DNA of 64,000 nt from Fistulifera solaris. Its lineage: Eukaryota. The stretch is taken from positions 248,001-312,000 of the forward strand of contig AP026154.1 of NCBI GenBank assembly GCA_030295235.1. Direction: 5' to 3'. Below, piece after piece: positions 24,019-36,591 of the stretch. Under the pieces are notes generated by a model. It did no database searches and had not been told where the DNA came from. It was given only the letters and a program-made list of their open reading frames with translations. A program made the translations under genes and the position numbers. Each line of letters starts with the position of its first letter. The first letter of the stretch is position 1.

Positions 24019-26961
24019 ATGGAGTCAATAGTCCTTTCGCCACATGCCTTAGTATGGGAAGCCTCGTGTCATGGTTGTTCGTATTATTCTCCCGAACTGC
24101 TCAACTGTTTGTGTGACGACCACACAACGACGAAGAATACTCTTTCCTATTCTCAAATGTACGCATGGGTGTCGCATTTATCACGACAAATTCATGCATC
24201 TTTGTTCAAGAATACTCCAGGAAACACCGTATTCCGACAATATCCGGTGATCGTGTCGATTCCGCAAGGACCTTTGTTACCCATCGTGATCGCCGCCGTC
24301 CATGCCGCCAATCGATATCCAACAGCGAGTGCTATCTTGATTCCTTGTGACTTGACCACGGCAACGACACAATCTACGATTCTGCAATCACTTCGACCGA
24401 CTTTGATATTAGTGGCGAACGAAACGGATGCTTCCATTGTACAACAGCAACTCGATCGGATGAACGCATCATTATCATCGCACGTGCGAAACTATCGTTC
24501 AGATATACCCGTTTGGCAAGCCAGCAAACCTCGCATTGTCAATGTATTACACGAATGGATGATTCCGTTTCAAACCATTGTACAAGAACAAATCCAACAA
24601 CTCATCAATGCACCAACTTGCCAACATTTCCAAGAACAAATTCATGCCTACGATCCCATCCAAGATATAGCACCCCCGGAACGCTTGTCGCACATTGTCT
24701 TTACATCGGGTACATCAGGAACACCAAAAGGATGCTGTTCTTCTCGACAAGCCTTGCAACATTACATTCAATGCAAAAATCAACGGCACCAGATCGATTC
24801 GAAATCCTACGTTGCCTTGGCCAGTCCTTTGTCGTTTGATCCGTGTTTGGGCGATATTTTGGCGACGTGGACAGCCGGAGCAACACTGGTGTTGTTGCTG
24901 TCCTCCAACAAATCATCATCATGGCCCGTGACCCACATTTTGTGCACACCCACGTGGTGGAATCATTACGGCTGGTCGAACGCCGCCTGGCAAGTCATTG
25001 CGTTAGGAGGAGAAGCCATTCCACCAAAGATGCGCACTGGAACCCAATGGCCTCTACATGCGACCTACGGTGTCACGGAAGCCTGTGTGTATCAAACCAT
25101 GGGACCTATTGGCACAGCAGACCTTAAGAATCATGTGGGGACTCCGTTTTCAGGTGTGGCACTTTCGATCGTATCCGAAACAGATTCTTGGGAATTTCTT
25201 ACCCCCACAAGAGTCGGAGAAATTGTCATTTCGGGGACATTGGTCGATCGTTTGTCGGGGTACTGGAATAATGACGATGCTGCCAATCCTAAATTCATTC
25301 AGCACCAGCAAGTTTATTCTTATCGAACCGGGGACCGTGGTTATTTTGACAGTGCCACCAACGATTGGGTGGTCATGGGACGGATCCAAGGACAAGAGGG
25401 CATGGTCAAGTATCAGGGAGTGCGCGTGGAATTGAGCGAAATTGAGAGCGCTCTCTTGCAGGCTGTGGGAATTGTGCGCGATTGTATCGTAGTGGCCCAA
25501 AAGGACGACCAGGATACGAGTACGGCTCACACTTTGGTAGCTTACTTGGTACTAGAAGAGACGTGTCGACGGGAATTGTTGTTGTCGCACTCGGAACCGG
25601 CACCCGCTCTGTTGTGTACTTCCGGCCCTTTATTGACGTTACTGCATGGACGTTGTCAACGAGGCGCGCGAGTCATTCCAACAGCATTTGTGATTGTCCC
25701 AAGTCTTCCCATGTCTCCAACCGGCAAACGAACGACTGTAGGACTCCCGAAAGAATGGTTTCCCATGGATTCTCCCGAGAGTCAATTGCACTTGAGTGAA
25801 TATGGTTTGCCTGTAGGACAATGGTTGGCCGAGTCGTTGCAAGAATGTTTGAACCTTTCGCACCATCGAAGGGTTTTGACCGTCGCCGCCACCTTTGGAA
25901 CCTTGGGCGGAGATTCCTTAGCAGCGACACGCGTCGTTCGTGCATTGTATGCTCATCATGCGTCCGTCGACAATACACGTTTCTTAGGCGGTGACTATGG
26001 AACTTTACCAGGAGATGCGTTTGCACCGGTGCATCTATTGCGGGCACGTAATTTGGGCGCGTATGTGGATTTTCTGATGTCACAAGGTATAGGAACGGGT
26101 AAGACGGACCATTCACCACCAACGGACTCGGCGACATTGAAGGAGGAAAATGCATTACTGACAAGCACACCCGCAAACGGTAATTCGAGTTCCGATACTA
26201 TTTGGTACGACGCGTTGCTTGAAGCACTCCAACAGGGACAGTGCGAAATCGCCAGCGCCTTGTTGCAACTGGGCGCACCCGCACAAGACCCCACTGTCAT
26301 GACTGCTACAACGTCGGGCAAACGAGCCCGCTTGGGCAACATTTCCAGTCGCAACGAACGACGCAAACACTTTCAATCCACACCACTGCATGTGGCCTGC
26401 GTGAAAGGTCGATATTCTATAGTGTCAAGTTTGATTCAAAAAGGAGCGCGTTGGAATATTCCCGATGCCTCGGGTTTGTATCCGTTGCATTTAGTCGCGT
26501 GCAGTCGAACTCATGACACCAGCGAAGAAGAACGATGGAAGTGTTTAGAATGCCTCTTGGCTGCCGGTGCACCCTTGACTATCAAAGATGGCAATCAACA
26601 AAGTTTGTTGCACGCCGCGGCTCGCGCCGGACATACCTTTCTATTGCAACAATTGCTGACACTCTGGCGGAACACGAGTCTCCGCGGCAGTTCCTTGGAA
26701 GACCGTTTGCAATGGCGGGATGTCTGGTCTCGTACGGCCGTCCATTGGGCCGTCTTGAATGGGCACTGGGAGGCTCTCCAGGTCTTGTTGGAAGCCGGAT
26801 GCGATCCCCAACCTTTGCTACCGCACAAGCAGAAACGTTCCAGTGTGGCTTTGGAAACACCCCTAGAAATGAACGATCGCCTTTACCGTCATGACAATCC
26901 TGAATTGCACCAACAAATGCAAAGGCTGCTACAAGAGGCGATGGAAAAACGAGAGAAATAA
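24019..26961 (+). CDS. NRPS-like adenylation domain + carrier protein + ankyrin repeats (AASDH-like A domain)
   Basis: A-domain motifs FTSGTSGTPKG, ASPLSFDP, YGVTE, YRTGD, RVELSEIE and PMSPTGK; carrier motif LGGDSL; ankyrin motifs TPLHVAC, YPLHLVAC, SLLHAAA and TAVHWAV. Confidence 0.9.
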   Translation: MESIVLSPHALVWEASCHGCSYYSPELLNCLCDDHTTTKNTLSYSQMYAWVSHLSRQIHASLFKNTPGNTVFRQYPVIVSIPQGPLLPIVIAAVHAANRYPTASAILIPCDLTTATTQSTILQSLRPTLILVANETDASIVQQQLDRMNASLSSHVRNYRSDIPVWQASKPRIVNVLHEWMIPFQTIVQEQIQQLINAPTCQHFQEQIHAYDPIQDIAPPERLSHIVFTSGTSGTPKGCCSSRQALQHYIQCKNQRHQIDSKSYVALASPLSFDPCLGDILATWTAGATLVLLLSSNKSSSWPVTHILCTPTWWNHYGWSNAAWQVIALGGEAIPPKMRTGTQWPLHATYGVTEACVYQTMGPIGTADLKNHVGTPFSGVALSIVSETDSWEFLTPTRVGEIVISGTLVDRLSGYWNNDDAANPKFIQHQQVYSYRTGDRGYFDSATNDWVVMGRIQGQEGMVKYQGVRVELSEIESALLQAVGIVRDCIVVAQKDDQDTSTAHTLVAYLVLEETCRRELLLSHSEPAPALLCTSGPLLTLLHGRCQRGARVIPTAFVIVPSLPMSPTGKRTTVGLPKEWFPMDSPESQLHLSEYGLPVGQWLAESLQECLNLSHHRRVLTVAATFGTLGGDSLAATRVVRALYAHHASVDNTRFLGGDYGTLPGDAFAPVHLLRARNLGAYVDFLMSQGIGTGKTDHSPPTDSATLKEENALLTSTPANGNSSSDTIWYDALLEALQQGQCEIASALLQLGAPAQDPTVMTATTSGKRARLGNISSRNERRKHFQSTPLHVACVKGRYSIVSSLIQKGARWNIPDASGLYPLHLVACSRTHDTSEEERWKCLECLLAAGAPLTIKDGNQQSLLHAAARAGHTFLLQQLLTLWRNTSLRGSSLEDRLQWRDVWSRTAVHWAVLNGHWEALQVLLEAGCDPQPLLPHKQKRSSVALETPLEMNDRLYRHDNPELHQQMQRLLQEAMEKREK

Positions 26962-27089
26962 AAGGGAAAGCAAATAAATCATTGTCAAAGGAATGATTTT
27001 CTTGAAAAAAAAGAGTATTCATAAACTAGAACATAGAACACACTACTCCTTTTACATTAATTACAGTTCGAGTCACTTTTTCTTTCTGT

Positions 27090-27121
27090 CATGCATGCAT
27101 GCATGCATGCATGCATGCATG
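27090..27121. repeat. (CATG)8 self-complementary microsatellite
   Basis: Seen directly, between two convergent gene ends. Confidence 0.95.
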
Positions 27122-27124
27122 AAT

Positions 27125-27622
27125 TCATTCACTCGTCCCAATTTGGGATCGATGCATGTGTACATTCCTCCATCCATCCATATTTTTGTTTTGCCAAATG
27201 CGAGTTTCTTCATATTGCTTCACTTGCACGGCACCGTTTTCCGAGACAAATTGTACCAAGCGTACATAACTAACGACTGCGGCATGTTGTCCCAATAGGC
27301 GAACATGCGGTCGAGCCATCGTATTGAGACAGCTGGGTGTCGTTTCGGAATGAGGCAACAAATGCGACGGACTCGCTAGAATGCTTTTATTCTTTTTGGC
27401 TGTAGCACTACTGGCACTTTGTTGAAAATAGAACTTGTGGAAATCAGTACCTTCGATCAAATGACCAGCCGCTTCCGGTTCAAAACACGTAATGGTCGAA
27501 TCGACGTATTTTTCGTACGAAACCCAATCATTGCGAGCAATCGCCTCCAACAGTTCGTAATTCGCTTTCATCACATCGTGTACAATGTGTTGATACATTT
27601 CGTGATCAGATGTAATCGACAT
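27125..27622 (-). CDS. stand-alone CaMKII association (hub) domain protein, NTF2-like
   Basis: LLEAIARNDWVSYEKY, TCFEPEAAGHLIEGTDFHKFYF, PHVRLLG, SYVRLVQ, EETRIW and VHMHRS match the CaMKII hub consensus. Confidence 0.88.
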   Translation of the reverse strand: MSITSDHEMYQHIVHDVMKANYELLEAIARNDWVSYEKYVDSTITCFEPEAAGHLIEGTDFHKFYFQQSASSATAKKNKSILASPSHLLPHSETTPSCLNTMARPHVRLLGQHAAVVSYVRLVQFVSENGAVQVKQYEETRIWQNKNMDGWRNVHMHRSQIGTSE

Positions 27623-28045
27623 GTTTGTTGTTGTTGTGAATTGTTTGTTTGTTTGTTTGTTTGTTTGTGAGGCTATAATAGTTAGATTCGATCTTTCTTT
27701 GGGTTGTTGACATGCATTTATTATTTATTCAAAGAAAAAGGGTCATCGGCGCCATCGCATAACTCTCCTCCCACTCCTCCTCGTCGCGCCATTTTCGTGA
27801 TGCGCAACGCATTCATGACTGATTTGCAGTCGTGCTGAAAAACAGACAACACACTTTGGGTCTATACAAAGTAGCCTACCTGGTAGTCTCTAAACATAAG
27901 TTAAATCCACCCCGTACCTGGTGGTGAACGTAAGCAACGAAAGCTTTCTTGACGAACCCAGAAGCTAATAGCTACCGTACCTCATTCAACTGAGTGCTGA
28001 CAAACTGGGACGCCAACAGCATTATTCATAAGTGGAGTGGTTTTG

Positions 28046-28316
28046 GGTCATACAGAAATTCTGAGGACAGTCCAGAAAATCTGGAATAGTTCTTGGTCAT
28101 ACAGAAATTCTGTGGAGGGTCCAGAAATTCTGGACCATCGGTGTTTGAGCCATACCAAGTACAGAGGAAGATCTTTGGAGGTTTGAGAGAAATTCCGAAA
28201 TCGATGTTTGGGGTCATTAAGATAAGATTTTGGGACGTTCCAGATTATTTTTGGAGATGATTGAAGTTGTTCCAGAAAATTCAGGAGCTGGTGTTCTTCT
28301 TCACACAGATAATCTG
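28046..28316 (+). repeat. cluster of CAGA-WWW-TCTG palindromes including a 49-bp-period duplication
   Basis: GGTCATACAGAAATTCTG...GTCCAGAAA(A/T)TCTGGA at 28046 and 28095; GGTCCAGAAATTCTGGACC at 28118-28136; ACAGATAATCTGT at about 28305. Confidence 0.8.
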
Positions 28317-28624
28317 TTACAGTGTTGTTGATGGTCCATCCAGCGTCCGTCAGCATTTGGCTTAATCGCGAGGAAAGACAAAAAAAAAAGACGATGCGAC
28401 GATAATAATTAGAAAAGCGCGATCGGCGGCGAAATCGCAAGCAGTGACCATATTATTATTATGACGGCGGTCATCGGGCATTTTCATTATTTATTCAAAC
28501 AACAAGAAGCAAGCCAGCCAGCTTTTCTTCATCTAATCCTAAAAGACAACTCTCTATAAGGCGTCGCTCTAAAGACTTGTCGTATTATTTGTTTGTTTGT
28601 TTGTTTGGAAATTGCTTTTACGGA

Positions 28625-29767
28625 ATGGCGGAAGCCAACAACAACAACGACGCGGCCGTGACGATTGCACGATTGACGGCGCAATTGAAAAAGTTAAACG
28701 AAGCGAATGGAAAGTACAAACAATTACTGAAATTAGCAAAAGAACGGATTGAAAAACAGGAACAGGAACAACAAGCAACTATTAGTAATAGCAATGCGAC
28801 GACTACCGACACCAAACAAGTCGTCGCCGTTTGTCAACGAATTCAACATGCCGATCAAATATGGGCTTTATTGGAATGGGAAATTGTACCCGAAAATGAA
28901 CATGACGTCTTTTTGTCGGATCATCCTCGTTTTCTGGAATGGAAATCCTTTCCAGAAGAATCGGCTTTGCACGATTTCATTCGTCGGGATACGGGAGAAC
29001 CACTCCCCATACCACCCTATTCGTACAGTCCGGAACAATCCCTTCAAATACAACAAGAAGCACAGGCTCAAGTCGCCGCGGTGACGGAAGAGTTTCGAAA
29101 ATTTCGCATACAAACGGAATTGGCGATGCAACAACAACGTGCCACGAACAGTGAAGCACGGCGGAATCATACCACGCATCCATCACGGGCTACTTCTCAT
29201 CCTCCTCCTACTCCGTCGACACAACAACAACAACAACAGCAGCAGCAACAACAAATAGAACAACTACAAGCCGAATTGCAATTACAGGACACACAATGGA
29301 AACAAGCGTACGATGTTTTGTTGGCGGAAAACAAGGCACTCAAATCGACCGGATCGGAAGCATTGTTGGCATCCCAATGGCGACAACGGTACGAAGCTTG
29401 TTTGAAAGAAAAAGAAGAATTGCACAGTCGATTGCAAAATTTACAAACCGAAGACCGATACGAAGCCAAGTATCGTGATTTGAAAGAATCGTTCAAATTG
29501 TATCGAAAAAAAGCCAAGGAAATTTTAGAACAACAGCATCAACAACAACAACAAAACGAACCGGGATCTTTGTCGTCGTCGTCGTCGTCGTCGTCATCGG
29601 ATGCCAAACTGTCGTATTTGAAAAATCTTTTGTTGCAATACTTTTTGGCGGATGATGATTCGACACGTCGACCGATGGAAGGTGCGATCGGGATGGTGTT
29701 GCAATTCTCACCTGCGGAAACACAACAAATCGAAGCGAAACGAGCCGAAAAGGATTCTTGGTTTTGA
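28625..29767 (+). CDS. GRIP-domain coiled-coil (golgin-like) protein
   Basis: Coiled-coil heptads plus C-terminal YLKNLLLQYF...AIGMVLQFSPAE. Confidence 0.85.
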   Translation: MAEANNNNDAAVTIARLTAQLKKLNEANGKYKQLLKLAKERIEKQEQEQQATISNSNATTTDTKQVVAVCQRIQHADQIWALLEWEIVPENEHDVFLSDHPRFLEWKSFPEESALHDFIRRDTGEPLPIPPYSYSPEQSLQIQQEAQAQVAAVTEEFRKFRIQTELAMQQQRATNSEARRNHTTHPSRATSHPPPTPSTQQQQQQQQQQQIEQLQAELQLQDTQWKQAYDVLLAENKALKSTGSEALLASQWRQRYEACLKEKEELHSRLQNLQTEDRYEAKYRDLKESFKLYRKKAKEILEQQHQQQQQNEPGSLSSSSSSSSSDAKLSYLKNLLLQYFLADDDSTRRPMEGAIGMVLQFSPAETQQIEAKRAEKDSWF

Positions 29768-29881
29768 AGGCAAATAGTAAGGAATGATGATTCTGCTTAT
29801 CGTTTCTCCATGATTTAATTTTGTGAGAGAAGACTGCAAATGAATATTCCTGTCATTATAAAACGCATGTAGCTAGTATTG

Positions 29882-29923
29882 TTCTTCTTCTTCTTCTTCT
29901 TCTTCTTCTTCTTCTTCTTCTTC
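29882..29923. repeat. (TTC)14 microsatellite
   Basis: Seen directly. Confidence 0.95.
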
Positions 29924-29962
29924 TCTTCACCACGATCTCTTCACCCTTTACTTTCGTCGTCG

Positions 29963-30688
29963 TTAATGCACAATATCGGTACTTTCACTGTACTGAATCA
30001 ATACATTCGCATCATACTGCGGAAACGCCTGCGCCAATCGTCGTCCTCGCCAACTCTTGACGGCTTCGGTATAGGGCTTGATGCCCAGATTTTGCATTTG
30101 CGCTCGTGAAAATTGCAACGCTAGGAGTGTGAAGGAAATTGTGCCCAACGGCGGTTCCATCCAATTCCACGTCCAATTACCCGTTTCTAACATGGTTTCC
30201 AGGTCTTCCGGTGGCGGTACATCCATCGTCACATAATCCGTGTTGAACCATTTGGCCGTCCCTAAATCAAAGACCATGGGGATGGCCAAGAATCCGGCCG
30301 AGACGGCTGTCGCAATACCAATATGATACGGAATCGCCAACAAAGCCATGTTTTCTCGGTTTTTCATGCGAATTTGTTCAAAGACTTTCGTGGCTTCTTC
30401 GTACGAAACGCGATCTTGGGTCATGACGTGTCGCTTGACGAGTTCCTGATTCGCTCGTGTATCACCCATGGCGGCTAACGCCACAATGGTCTGATTGTCC
30501 ATTTCTTGAGGCGATCGGGGCATTTGTGCAACTTGTTCGAGTGTCGGTTGACGATATCCCTTTTGTAATTGCAAACGACGAGCATTGACTTTTTTGCGGC
30601 GGCGGGCGAAAAGTGTGCGTGTCGTCGTCATCGTGATACTCTGGCGAGGACAAGACGAAGCCAGGGAAATTGGACGTAATGCGAACAT
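29963..30688 (-). CDS. uncharacterised membrane protein, probably mitochondrial
   Basis: Clean 241-aa ORF with Arg-rich presequence, hydrophobic segments and ETGNWTWNWMEPPLGTISF. Confidence 0.75.
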   Translation of the reverse strand: MFALRPISLASSCPRQSITMTTTRTLFARRRKKVNARRLQLQKGYRQPTLEQVAQMPRSPQEMDNQTIVALAAMGDTRANQELVKRHVMTQDRVSYEEATKVFEQIRMKNRENMALLAIPYHIGIATAVSAGFLAIPMVFDLGTAKWFNTDYVTMDVPPPEDLETMLETGNWTWNWMEPPLGTISFTLLALQFSRAQMQNLGIKPYTEAVKSWRGRRLAQAFPQYDANVLIQYSESTDIVH

Positions 30689-31195
30689 GATAAAAGGTAG
30701 TAGTAATAGTAGTGTGGTTGTACGCAGCGTATAGTTGTTATCAGAAGAAAAAAGCAAAGAGGAATGCAAACAATGGCTCTTTTCGCTAATAAAAATAAGC
30801 ATTTCGTTTGCTTTTTCCTTTTCAACGCACAGCATCACCTTATGTTTTTAAAATTACGTCATCTTGGTCATTCGGAAGCCCGCGCCCAAACGAAAACGGC
30901 ACTGAAACTCCGAGGATCGCCATTTGCTTGCTTGCTTGGCAAGCCTTTGGGCGTCTGCCTATCGTACGCTTCATTTACATGATACTCCATACTCCGTGGT
31001 AGTTCATTATTTAACATAAAACGACAGGAAGCGAAAGGAGAAGAGAAATAATAATAGAACATAGAACAGCCACCAAAGAAACGATCCATTTTCCGAATTC
31101 ATTCATTCTTTCAACCCCTCCGTTTGTATCGTGACTTCGTGCTAACTCAACAATGAGCTAGCTAGCTCTCTACTGTACCAGGTAATGAATGGAAT

Positions 31196-33240
<2,045 letters not shown>

Positions 33241-33440
33241 ATTACATGGTGCCGATCTATCTATCTACTAACCTTATTCTTCTTAAGGCTATTTCCAACA
33301 CCTTCGCAATCTTCCGCCGGATCTTACATCGTACAACCGGAGTAAAGGCTGAACTAGACTAAGAGAGTTTTTCTCCGTCTTTTTTTTATAAAATAAAGTA
33401 GACCTAGACTAGCAACCGGTACTCAGTCGAAAGCATATTA

Positions 33441-34561
33441 CTACCTCCGGGGGGCGATAATAGGCCCACGATGCCCCGTCTAAATTTTTTTTGTACTGAG
33501 ATTCTACGTGAAAATCACGTGGGGGGCCAAAAATTCCGTCGATCTACAATCTACAGCGTTTTCACCCTTATGGGAGGCACCACCATGGTGGTTTTCATGG
33601 ATATATGAACCTTTTATAATTGTAAAAATGTAAAAACTAATTACTTCTCAATACTTTATCACCTTGGATTACTCCTAGTGCCCGGAGATAGCAGCCGGCA
33701 TGGTTTTTCTCTTAGGTTTCAGCCAATAGATGATGCACGACGACAACGGCGGGCCTGAATGCATGTGTCTGTTACCGTCCTGCGGAACAAATTTAGCCTG
33801 CCGTGATCAGTTTTCCATCGTCATTCACTTCATACTAAAATATTCCCTAAAGAAGTCGCCGCTCTGTCCTCGCAGGTACCAAGAGATCTTCGAAACTCCC
33901 TCGGCTGATCCATTTCTTCGTCAACAATGCAACTTTTCAGGGGGCAAGCTTTGAATAGTTTTGTTCAGTGAACAGCTTCGCAAAGTCAAGTAAAACATCC
34001 CCTAAATACAGTCGTTTCCTGTAACAGAGGCTGTGCCTCATTTTCCTAAGGTTGGAGGGTCTCGTGTCGAAGTTTTCAAAAGTCCTTGTCATTGGTTGTG
34101 TCGTTGCTTTAAATCAGCTGTGCTGTAACTAAAACTCCGTAAGAATCCCATCAATAATGCCTACACGGCTGACTGTTGCATTGTTATGTATCAAAAGCTT
34201 TCAAAAAACCGCAAGCAAACGTTTTCTGGCACCTCCATCCGCCGTCGCGATCTCGTCATTGCTCACGGGCGTCCGCCTTCAAACACCACGATCCTCTCTT
34301 CTTCGTTCGCGAAAAATTTCACATTTCACAATACCTTCAGGAGTCGCCTCCATAAGCAATTTGTTTCACTAATTCTTCGTAGCATCCTTCGTTTACAACT
34401 CCGTTGTGGTTCGATGCATCGTTTATTTTGTTGATTGTGTCATGGTGGAATTCGTCGAGTTTCCGTGGGTGTCCTTGCTCCTCTACGTGATCTCACGTAG
34501 AATCTCAGTACAAAAAATTTACATGGGGCATCGTGGGCCTATTATCGCCCCCCGGAGGTAG
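33441..34561. mobile_element. non-autonomous TIR DNA transposon (Tc1/mariner/Stowaway-like), 1121 bp
   Basis: About 80-bp terminal inverted repeats; the first 37 bp are perfect (CTACCTCCGGGGGGCGATAATAGGCCCACGATGCCCC). Flanked by TA at 33439-33440 and 34562-34563. No long internal ORF. Confidence 0.92.
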
Positions 34562-34831
34562 TACTAGAGAAAGTGATACAGACTCGATAAGAAGGTTCAA
34601 AAAAATTGAATCGTGGATCATTTTAGAAGTACTGTAGTATAGTTTCACTGTAGTGGTACTCAGTGTATTAAAAACAGAAACGCTTTTTCTTGCGCGACTC
34701 GAAAAGGGAACGCAGCCACCTCTGGCGACGCAACGCAAAGCCCAAGAACAAGTTTTTCGTTGCTCACAAAGCACAAGCAGCCCGCGCGCTCATAGATCAT
34801 CAATCTTTGTTCTAAACCTTACAACGAAATC

Positions 34832-35311
34832 ATGCATTCGCCCTTCGCATACATTAAGGTGATATTGCTATTGCTATTCCTGGTGAGTCTTGTCTCGCAA
34901 AAACATGCCGCCACTTTCTTTGGCGACCGTGCGACCTTCCATATCTTCTTCTTGAGTTTTGTCAACCGCATCACTACCAAGGAGATAGGTGCCGGTGCCA
35001 CTTACTCATTCAATTTGAGTCAAAATGAGTGGAAGATTTTTAAAGTCACTCCTAAATTCAATATTGACTGCGTTTGCACTGCTTCCTGTGACCAGCCGAA
35101 TAGTATTCTGCACATGTACATGACCTTTGAACGTCGCCCTCGTCTGAACTACAATTGGGATGGGTGGGTTTGTAAGGAAACAGATATGTTCAACACGCAA
35201 ACCTGCGCGGGAGAGATTGCTGAACCGGACGCGACATGTCGTGTTGCCCTCCGCGGTGACACATTCGACCGCCGACACACGCTGTGCTCAATCACTTGCT
35301 TCATTGGATAA
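34832..35311 (+). CDS. small secreted Cys-rich protein with one PPC-like domain
   Basis: Hydrophobic N-terminus; FNLSQNEWKIFKV...CVCTASC...LHMYMTF...CSITC resembles the repeats of the M43 peptidase at 48456-50876. Possible intron starting at GTGAGT, about 34883. Confidence 0.55.
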   Translation: MHSPFAYIKVILLLLFLVSLVSQKHAATFFGDRATFHIFFLSFVNRITTKEIGAGATYSFNLSQNEWKIFKVTPKFNIDCVCTASCDQPNSILHMYMTFERRPRLNYNWDGWVCKETDMFNTQTCAGEIAEPDATCRVALRGDTFDRRHTLCSITCFIG

Positions 35312-36591
35312 ACTCAATTTATCAGACACGAGACCGTTCGTCCGCAATGAAGGTGTTTCTGCTTGAGAAGAAATTAGACTGCTGTGAAGAACAACGAGAT
35401 AATTTATGTAGCAGTTTTGTTTAATAATGTGTCGTCTTCCTATAGGCACCAAGCCAACAAAAGAAGAACAATCGCAAACGTCAGCACTCTCTGCAAGTTG
35501 ACCGAAAAAGCCTTTTATGTCATTGAATGGTTGAGACACGAAGAAAGCGTCTAGCAGGTGTCATGAGAGGCTAACTCATCGCCATGGCTTTGTGCACGGG
35601 TAGTTACGCCGTCAGAGTCAGAAGGCTGCTCATGTTCGAAGCATGTCAAGTTTAATCGACAAGTGCTTACGCCACGGACAAGAACTTGAAAGCATTGACT
35701 CAGGGTCAAAGATGAAGATTTGCTATCAGAAGAGAATCGCTTGAACTTTTCTCCACACTTTTGTAACCAAACTTTTAAAAACATTGAGCCACTTATGGCC
35801 AAACTGTAACGCTTGTCACCAATCGTTTATTCCCGGTACCGGTACCTGGTACAAGACAAGTTGAGGATTGGCGATTCAATCTTGTTTGGTCTCCAATTTC
35901 ATGGTGTCAACTGTTAAGCTTTGCGATTTCGTCGTCATTCACCATCGATCTTCGTCATCGCATCATAATATTCCTTGACATCTTTTGCTCCTGCTTGAGG
36001 GGCGACTCAAGATAGGCGAATAGCCTCGGCTAGCAGAATTTCAATACCGGTACCGCAAAAACGTACTGGTAGTCACATTCAGAATTAAGATCTGTTAGAG
36101 CGATTAAGAATGCTGAAAATGATAGAGAATGCGATCGTGCGATTTACTATCGAGTTCTTGACATCGTCCTGTCAACGACAATGCGAAGCTTGGTGTTTCG
36201 TATTTCTTGTACCGGGGACACTAAATTGAAAACCGAACGCCACCCAATAAGATAATACTACGTAATTTTTTTTATCGGCCACCAGCCGTCATCAAGGCGG
36301 ATTCGTTCACTTTCAACTCTCAAGATTCAAATTGATTTCATGCATGTCTAGGTTCAACATCCAGAATCCATCGATAACATTACCGAGTAACAATGAAAGC
36401 CAAGGAAATTTCCCCTTTGCCAAATATTAATAGACTAGCGGAATAGAAAATAATCGAATTAATAGAACTTCAAAAGGTCTATAGTAGCGATGGAATTAAA
36501 AATATGTTAGCGAAGAGAAATGTGATCTAAGGATGAGCAAAAGAATATGCTGCGAAAGCTGCAGCGCCGTAGCGGAGTGTGTGTGAAGAGT

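Noticed and set aside
22241..29767. Biosynthetic gene cluster around the NRPS-like gene
   Set aside because: Neighbours (TPR-SAP, CaMKII hub, GRIP golgin) are not tailoring enzymes or transporters.
33504..33520. Similarity of the TIR inner dyad to the TTTTCACGTA part of the 34-bp unit
   Set aside because: Short and imperfect (TIR reverse strand reads GTGATTTTCACGTAG); could be chance, so no link is claimed.
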